The notes beneath the pieces were generated by a model. The model worked only from the letters and a program-made list of their open reading frames with translations. It did not search any database and was not told the DNA's origin. From contig OZ024741.1 in assembly GCA_964016885.1 (NCBI GenBank), positions 259,036,001 to 259,100,000 on the forward strand: a stretch of DNA of 64,000 nt. The letters run 5' to 3'. The stretch is from Eledone cirrhosa. Lineage: Eukaryota. Positions 56,597 to 64,000 of the stretch are shown piece by piece. Every line of letters starts with the position of its first letter. Position 1 is the first letter of the stretch. A program made the translations under genes and the position numbers.

Positions 56597-56665
56597 GTAT
56601 AAATAAAGATTAATGTAATGAACTTGAAAAGCATAGATATTTGAAACCGCGTCTATTTGTTATTT
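56597..56665. repeat. 69-bp cassette, subtype A (followed by another A, not B)
   Basis: Matches 4652-4720; the next cassette is A, 1595 bp later. Confidence 0.95.
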
Positions 56666-58191
56666 TCGTAAGTCGAAACACTCGTAAGTCAGAACACTCG
56701 TAAGTCAGAACACTCTTAAGTGAGAACACTCGTATCGAAACACTCGTATGTCAAAACACCCGTAAGTCAAAACACTCATAAGTCGAAACACTCGTAAGTC
56801 GAAACACTCGTAAGCCGAAACAATCGTAAGTCAAAACACTCGTAAGTCGAAACACTCGTAAGCCGAAAATACTCGTAAGTCGGAACACCCGTAAGCCGAA
56901 ACCCTCGTAGTTCGGAACACTCGTAAGTCGAAACACTCGTAAGTCGAAACACCCGTAAGTCGAAACACTCGTAAGTCGAAACACCCGTAAGTCGAAACAT
57001 CCGTAAGACAAAACACTCGTATGTCGAAACACTCGTAAGCCGAGACACTCGTAAGTCGGAACACTCGCAAGTCAGAACACTCGTAAGTCAGAACACTCGT
57101 AAGTCGAAACACTCGTAAGTCGAAACACCCGTAAGTCGAAACGCCCGTAAGTCAAAACACTCGTATGTCGAAACACTCGCAAGCCGAAAAACCGTAAGTC
57201 AAAACACTCGTAAGTCGAAACACTCGTAAGTCGAAACACTCGTAAGCCGAAACACTCGTAAGCGAAAACATTCGTAAGTCGAAACACTCGTAACCCGAAA
57301 CACTCGTAAGTCGAAACACTCGAAAGCCGAAACACTCGTAAGTCGAAACAATCATAAGCCGAAACACTCGTAAGTCGGAACACTCGTAAGTCAGAACACC
57401 CGTAAGTCAGAACACTCGTAGTCAGAACACTCGTAAGTCGAAACACTCGTAAGCCGAAACACTCGCAAGTCGAAGCACTCGTATGTCAAAACACCCGTAA
57501 GTCAAAACACTCGTAAGTCGAAACACTCGTAAGCCGAAACACCGTAAGCCAAAACACTCGTAAGTCGAAACACCCGTAAGTCGGAACACTCGTAAGTCGA
57601 AACACTCGTAAGTCGAAACACTCGTAAGCCGAAACACTCGTAAGCCGAAACACTCGTAAGTCGGAACACTCGTAAGTCGGAACACTCGTAAGTCAGAACA
57701 CTCGTAAGTCAGAACACTCGTAAGTCAGAACACTCGTAAGTCAGAATACTCGTAAGTCGAAACACTCGTATCGAAACACTCGTATGTCAAAACACCCGTA
57801 AATCAAAACACTCGTAAGTCGAAACACTCGTAAGTCGAAACACTCGTATGTCGAAACATCCGTAAATCAGAACACTCGTAAGTCGAAACACTCGTAAGTC
57901 GAAACACTCGTAAGCCGAAACACTCGTAAGTCGAAACACTCGTATCGAAACACTCGTAAGTCGAAACACCCTTAAGTCAAAACACTCGTAAGCCAAAACA
58001 CTCGTAAGTCGAAACACTCGTAAGTCGGAACACTCGTAAGTCAGAACACTCGTAAGTCAGAACACTCGTAAGTGGAAACACGCGTAAGTCGAAAGACCCG
58101 TAAGTCAAAATTCTCGTAAGTCAAAACACTCGTAAGCCGAAACACTCGTAAGTCGAAACACTCGTAAGTCGAAACATTCGTAAAGCGAAAC

Positions 58192-58260
58192 GTATAAATA
58201 AAGATTAATGTAATGAACTTGAAAAGCATAGATATTTGAAACCGCGTCTATTTGTTATTT
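58192..58260. repeat. 69-bp cassette, subtype A
   Basis: Matches 4652-4720. Confidence 0.95.
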
Positions 58261-59342
58261 TCGTAAGTCGAAACACTCGTAAGTCAGAACACTCGTAAGT
58301 CAGAACACTCTTAAGTGAGAACACTCGTATCGAAACACTCGTATGTCAAAACACCCGTAAGTCAAAACACTCGTAAGTCGAAACACTCGTAAGTCGAAAC
58401 ACTCGTAAGCCGAAACAATCGTAAGTCAAAACACTCGTAAGTCGAAACACTGGTAAGCCGAAAATACTCGTAAGTCGGAACACCCGTAAGCCGAAACCCT
58501 CGTAGGTCGGAACACTCTTAAGTCGAAACACTCGTAAGTCGAAACACCCGTAAGTCGAAACACTCGTAAGTCGAAACACCCGTAAGTCGAAACATCCGTA
58601 AGTCAAAACACTCGTATGTCGAAACACTCGTAAGCCGAGACACTCGTAAGTCGGAACACTCGCAAGTCAGAACACTCGTAAGTCAGAACACTCGTAAGTC
58701 GAAACACTCGTAAGTCGAAACACCCGTAAGTCGAAACGCCCGTAAGTCAAAACACTCGTATGTCGAAACACTCGCAAGCCGAAAAACCGTAAGTCAAAAC
58801 ACTCGTAAGTCGAAACACACGTAAGTCGAAACACTCGTAAGTCGAAACACTCGTAAGCCGAAACACTCGTAAGCGAAAACATTCGTAAGTCGAAACACTC
58901 GTAACCCGAAACACTCGTAAGTCGAAACACTCGAAAGCCGAAACACTCGTAAGTCGAAACACTCATAAGCCGAAACACTCGTAAGTCGGAACACTCGTAA
59001 GTCAGAACACCCGTAAGTCAGAACACTCGTAGTCAGAACACTCGTAAGTCGAAACACTCGTAATCCGAAACACTCTTAAGTCGAAACACTCGTAAGTCGG
59101 AAGACTCGTAAGTCAGAACACTCGTAAGTCAGAACACTCGTAAGTCGAAACACTCGTAAGCCGAAACATCCGTAAGTCAAAACACCCGTAGTCGAAACAC
59201 TCGCATGTCGAAACACTCGTAAGTCGAAACACGCGTAAGTCGAAACACATGTAAGTCAAAACACTCGTAAGTCAAAACACTCGTAAGCCGAAACACTCGT
59301 AAGTCGAAACACTCGTAAGTTGAAACACTCGTAAAGCGAAAC

Positions 59343-59411
59343 GTATAAATAAAGATTAATGTAATGAATTTGAAAAGCATAGAGATTTGAAACCGCGTCT
59401 ATTTGTTATTT
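59343..59411. repeat. 69-bp cassette, subtype B
   Basis: Matches 5835-5903; 1151 bp after A. Confidence 0.95.
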
Positions 59412-61002
59412 TCGTAAGTCGAAACACTCGTAAGCCGAAACACTCGTGAGCCGAAACACTCGTAAGTCGGAACACTCGTAAGTCAGAACACTCGTAAGTC
59501 AGAACACTCGTAAGTTAGAACACTCGTAAGTCAGAACACTCGTAAGTCAGAACACTCGTAAGTCAAAACACTCGTAAGTCGAAACACTCGTAAGCCGAAA
59601 CACCGTAAGTCAAAACACTCGTAAGTCGAAACACTCGTAAGTCGAAACACTCGTAAGTCGAAACACTCGTAAGTCGAAACACTCGTAAGTCGAAACACTC
59701 GTAAGCCGAAACACTCGTAAGCCGAAACACTCGTAAGTCGGAACACTCATAAGTCAGAACACTCGTAAGTCAGAACACTCGTAAGTCGAAACACTCGTAA
59801 GCCGAAACACCGTAAGTCGAAACACCCGTATGTCGAAACACTCGTAAGCCGAAACACTCTTAAGTCGAAACACTCATAAGCCGAAACACTCGTAAGTCGG
59901 AACACTCGTAAATCAGAACACCCGCAAGTCAGAACACTCGTAAATTAGAACACTCTTAAGTCGAAACTTACGTACGTCGAAACAATCGTAAGTCGAAACA
60001 CTCGTAAGTCGAAACATCCTTAAGTCGAAACACTCGTACACCGAAACACTCGTAAGTATAAACATTAGTAAGTCGAAACACTCGTATGTCGAAACACACG
60101 TAAACCGAAACACTCGTAAGTCGGAACACTCGTAAGTCAGAACACTCGTAAGTCAGAACACTCGTAAGTCGAAACACTCATAAGTCGAAACACCCGTAAG
60201 TCGAAACACTCGTATGTCGAATAACTCGTAAGCCGAAACACCGTAAGTCAAAACACTCGTAAGTCGAAACACTCGTAAGTCGAAACACCCATAAGCCGAA
60301 ACACTCGTAAGCCAAAACATTCGTAAGTCGAAACACTCGTAAACCGAAACACTCGTAAGCCAAAACATTCGTAAGTCGAAACACTCGTAAGTCGAAACAC
60401 CCGTAAGTCGGAACACTCGTAAGTCGAAACACTCGTAAGTCGAAACACTCGTAAGCCGAAACACTCGTAAGCCGAAACACTCGTAAGTCGGAACACTCGT
60501 AAGTCGGAACACTCGTAAGTCAGAACACTCGTAAGTCAGAACACTCGTAAGTCAGAACACTCGTAAGTCAGAATACTCGTAAGTCGAAACACTCGTATCG
60601 AAACACTCGTATGTCAAAACACCCGTAAGTCAAAACACTCGTAAGTCGAAACACTCGTAAGTCGAAACACTCGTATGTCGAAACATCCGTAAATCAGAAC
60701 ACTCGTAAGTCGAAACACTCGTAAGCCGAAACACTCGTAAGTCGAAACACTCGTATCGAAACACTCGTAAGTCGAAACACCCTTAAGTCAAAACACTCGT
60801 AAGCCAAAACACTCGTAAGTCGAAACACTCGTAAGTCGGAACACTCGTAAGTCAGAACACTCGTAAGTCAGAACACTCGTAAGTGGAAACACGCGTAAGT
60901 CGAAAGACCCGTAAGTCAAAAATCTCGTAAGTCAAAACACTCGTAAGCCGAAACACTCGTAAGTCGAAACACTCGTAAGTCGAAACATTCGTAAAGCGAA
61001 AC

Positions 61003-61071
61003 GTATAAATAAAGATTAATGTAATGAACTTGAAAAGCATAGATATTTGAAACCGCGTCTATTTGTTATTT
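61003..61071. repeat. 69-bp cassette, subtype A (followed by another A, not B)
   Basis: Matches 4652-4720; 4406 bp after 56597. Confidence 0.95.
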
Positions 61072-62597
61072 TCGTAAGTCGAAACACTCGTAAGTCAGAA
61101 CACTCGTAAGTCAGAACACTCTTAAGTGAGAACACTCGTATCGAAACACTCGTATGTCAAAACACCCGTAAGTCAAAACACTCTTAAGTCGAAACACTCG
61201 TAAGTCGAAACACTCGTAAGCCGAAACAATCGTAAGTCAAAACACTCGTAAGTCGAAACACTCGTAAGCCGAAAATACTCGTAAGTCGGAACACCCGTAA
61301 GCCGAAACCCTCGTAGTTCGGAACACTCGTAAGTCGAAACACTCGTAAGTCGAAACACCCGTAAGTCGAAACACTCGTAAGTCGAAACACCCGTAAGTCG
61401 AAACATCCGTAAGACAAAACACTCGTATGTCGAAACACTCGTAAGCCGAGACACTCGTAAGTCGGAACACTCGCAAGTCAGAACACTCGTAAGTCAGAAC
61501 ACTCGTAAGTCGAAACACTCGTAAGTCGAAACACCCGTAAGTCGAAACGCCCGTAAGTCAAAACACTCGTATGTCGAAACACTCGCAAGCCGAAAAACCG
61601 TAAGTCAAAACACTCGTAAGTCGAAACACTCGTAAGTCGAAACACTCGTAAGCCGAAACACTCGTAAGCGAAAACATTCGTAAGTCGAAACACTCGTAAC
61701 CCGAAACACTCGTAAGTCGAAACACTCGAAAGCCGAAACACTCGTAAGTCGAAACAATCATAAGCCGAAACACTCGTAAGTCGGAACACTCGTAAGTCAG
61801 AACACCCGTAAGTCAGAACACTCGTAGTCAGAACACTCGTAAGTCGAAACACTCGTAAGCCGAAACACTCGCAAGTCGAAGCACTCGTATGTCAAAACAC
61901 CCGTAAGTCAAAACACTCGTAAGTCGAAACACTCGTAAGCCGAAACACCGTAAGCCAAAACACTCGTAAGTCGAAACACCCGTAAGTCGGAACACTCGTA
62001 AGTCGAAACACTCGTAAGTCGAAACACTCGTAAGCCGAAACACTCGTAAGCCGAAACACTCGTAAGTCGGAACACTCGTAAGTCGGAACACTCGTAAGTC
62101 AGAACACTCGTAAGTCAGAACACTCGTAAGTCAGAACACTCGTAAGTCAGAATACTCGTAAGTCGAAACACTCGTATCGAAACACTCGTATGTCAAAACA
62201 CCCGTAAGTCAAAACACTCGTAAGTCGAAACACTCGTAAGTCGAAACACTCGTATGTCGAAACATCCGTAAATCAGAACACTCGTAAGTCGAAACACTCG
62301 TAAGTCGAAACACTCGTAAGCCGAAACACTCGTAAGTCGAAACACTCGTATCGAAACACTCGTAAGTCGAAACACCCTTAAGTCAAAACACTCGTAAGCC
62401 AAAACACTCGTAAGTCGAAACACTCGTAAGTCGGAACACTCGTAAGTCAGAACACTCGTAAGTCAGAACACTCGTAAGTGGAAACACGCGTAAGTCGAAA
62501 GACCCGTAAGTCAAAATTCTCGTAAGTCAAAACACTCGTAAGCCGAAACACTCGTAAGTCGAAACACTCGTAAGTCGAAACATTCGTAAAGCGAAAC

Positions 62598-62666
62598 GTA
62601 TAAATAAAGATTAATGTAATGAACTTGAAAAGCATAGATATTTGAAACCGCGTCTATTTGTTATTT
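62598..62666. repeat. 69-bp cassette, subtype A
   Basis: Matches 4652-4720; 4406 bp after 58192. Confidence 0.95.
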
Positions 62667-63732
62667 TCGTAAGTCGAAACACTCGTAAGTCAGAACACTC
62701 TTAAGTGAGAACACTCGTATCGAAACACTCGTATGTCAAAACACCCGTAAGTCAAAACACTCGTAAGTCGAAACACTCGTAAGTCGAAACACTCGTAAGC
62801 CGAAACAATCGTAAGTCAAAACACTCGTAAGTCGAAACACTGGTAAGCCGAAAATACTCGTAAGTCGGAACACCCGTAAGCCGAAACCCTCGTAGGTCGG
62901 AACACTCTTAAGTCGAAACACTCGTAAGTCGAAACACCCGTAAGTCGAAACACTCGTAAGTCGAAACACCCGTAAGTTGAAACATCCGTAAGTCAAAACA
63001 CTCGTATGTCGAAACACTCGTAAGCCGAGACACTCGTAAGTCGGAACACTCGCAAGTCAGAACACTCGTAAGTCAGAACACTCGTAAGTCGAAACACTCG
63101 TAAGTCGAAACACCCGTAAGTCGAAACGCCCGTAAGTCAAAACACTCGTATGTCGAAACACTCGCAAGCCGAAAAACCGTAAGTCAAAACACTCGTAAGT
63201 CGAAACACACGTAAGTCGAAACACTCGTAAGTCGAAACACTCGTAAGCCGAAACACTCGTAAGCGAAAACATTCGTAAGTCGAAACACTCGTAACCCGAA
63301 ACACTCGTAAGTCGAAACACTCGAAAGCCGAAACACTCGTAAGTCGAAACACTCATAAGCCGAAACACTCGTAAGTCGGAACACTCGTAAGTCAGAACAC
63401 CCGTAAGTCAGAACACTCGTAGTCAGAACACTCGTAAGTCGAAACACTCGTAATCCGAAACACTCTTAAGTCGAAACACTCGTAAGTCGGAAGACTCGTA
63501 AGTCAGAACACTCGTAAGTCAGAACACTCGTAAGTCGAAACACTCGTAAGCCGAAACATCCGTAAGTCAAAACACCCGTAGTCGAAACACTCGCATGTCG
63601 AAACACTCGTAAGTCGAAACACGCGTAAGTCGAAACACATGTAAGTCAAAACACTCGTAAGTCAAAACACTCGTAAGCCGAAACACTCGTAAGTCGAAAC
63701 ACTCGTAAGTTGAAACACTCGTAAAGCGAAAC

Positions 63733-63801
63733 GTATAAATAAAGATTAATGTAATGAATTTGAAAAGCATAGAGATTTGAAACCGCGTCTATTTGTTATT
63801 T
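63733..63801. repeat. 69-bp cassette, subtype B
   Basis: Matches 5835-5903; 1135 bp after A. Confidence 0.95.
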
Positions 63802-64000
63802 TCGTAAGTCGAAACACTCGTAAGCCGAAACACTCGTGAGCCGAAACACTCGTAAGTCGGAACACTCGTAAGTCAGAACACTCGTAAGTCAGAACACTCG
63901 TAAGTTAGAACACTCGTAAGTCAGAACACTCGTAAGTCAGAACACTCGTAAGTCAAAACACTCGTAAGTCGAAACACTCGTAAGCCGAAACACCGTAAGT

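Larger units (their letters stand above)
1..64000 (+). repeat. Tandem satellite array, 16-bp monomer AAACACTCGTAAGTCG (~3,900 copies), running off both window edges
   Basis: The monomer is directly readable on every line. Common variants are GCCGAAA, GTCGGAA, GTCAGAA, GTCAAAA, CACCCG, CTCATAAG and GTATGTC, plus 14- and 15-bp deletion monomers. I saw no reverse-complement copies. Copy number is estimated from length/16. Confidence 0.99.
55980..64000 (+). repeat. Tandem 4406-bp unit with cassette order A-A-B; second copy cut by the window edge (boundaries approximate)
   Basis: Landmarks 56446/60852, 57072/61478, 57787/62193 and 58229/62635 are offset by 4406, then by 4390 after loss of one monomer. 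Confidence 0.88.

Noticed and set aside
237-63770. Hundreds of minus-strand ORFs encoding YECFDLRVFRLTSVST repeats
   Set aside because: The 16-bp consensus has no minus-strand stop, so the same peptide appears in all three frames. Most starts are GTG/TTG, and ORFs are broken at random by TCA-containing variants and by 14/15-bp monomers. There is no recognisable domain or frame preservation. The plus strand has TAA in nearly every monomer.
4652-63801. CRISPR-like repeat/spacer array, taking either the monomer or the cassette as the repeat
   Set aside because: There are no unique spacers. Monomers abut directly, the cassettes are near-identical and separated by kilobases of satellite, and there are no cas genes or leader.
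1-64000. Telomeric repeat array (some yeasts have 16-bp telomere units)
   Set aside because: The consensus has no G-run on either strand. Variants are inherited in kilobase duplicated blocks, which indicates recombination-based amplification rather than templated synthesis, and no chromosome end is visible.
1-64000. Hairpin or cruciform potential from TCGA and CGA..TCG dyads in the monomer
   Set aside because: Stems are only 3-4 bp and the TCGA site is often destroyed by common variants, so there is no support for a conserved structure.

Overview
The whole 64-kb window is one head-to-tail satellite array of a 16-bp monomer (consensus AAACACTCGTAAGTCG, 7/16 GC, two CpGs), roughly 3,900 copies, with no inversion seen. 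I find no credible protein-coding gene, RNA gene, CRISPR array or intact transposon. The ORF track is an artefact: three monomers make 48 bp with no stop on the minus strand, giving the 16-aa repeat YECFDLRVFRLTSVST. The array has three levels of structure. (1) Monomer variants appear in a recurring order (GCCGAAA > GTCGGAA > run of GTCAGAA > often a 14-bp deletion monomer > GTCAAAA), frequently about 300-350 bp apart. (2) There are kilobase higher-order duplications of 1015, 2240, 2451, 3473 (x3), 3657 and 4406 bp, and a ~9.7-kb block is repeated ~42.9 kb away. (3) The only non-monomer sequence is a 69-bp AT-rich cassette present 21 times in two subtypes (12 A, 9 B), always at the same position in the monomer and usually as A-B pairs 1135-1183 bp apart. 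The cassette carries a TATA-box match, an AATAAA..CA..U/GU-rich arrangement, and a minus-strand ATG with a hydrophobic leader reading into the repeat. The window looks like eukaryotic heterochromatic, possibly (peri)centromeric, satellite DNA. The organism and function cannot be determined from the sequence alone.
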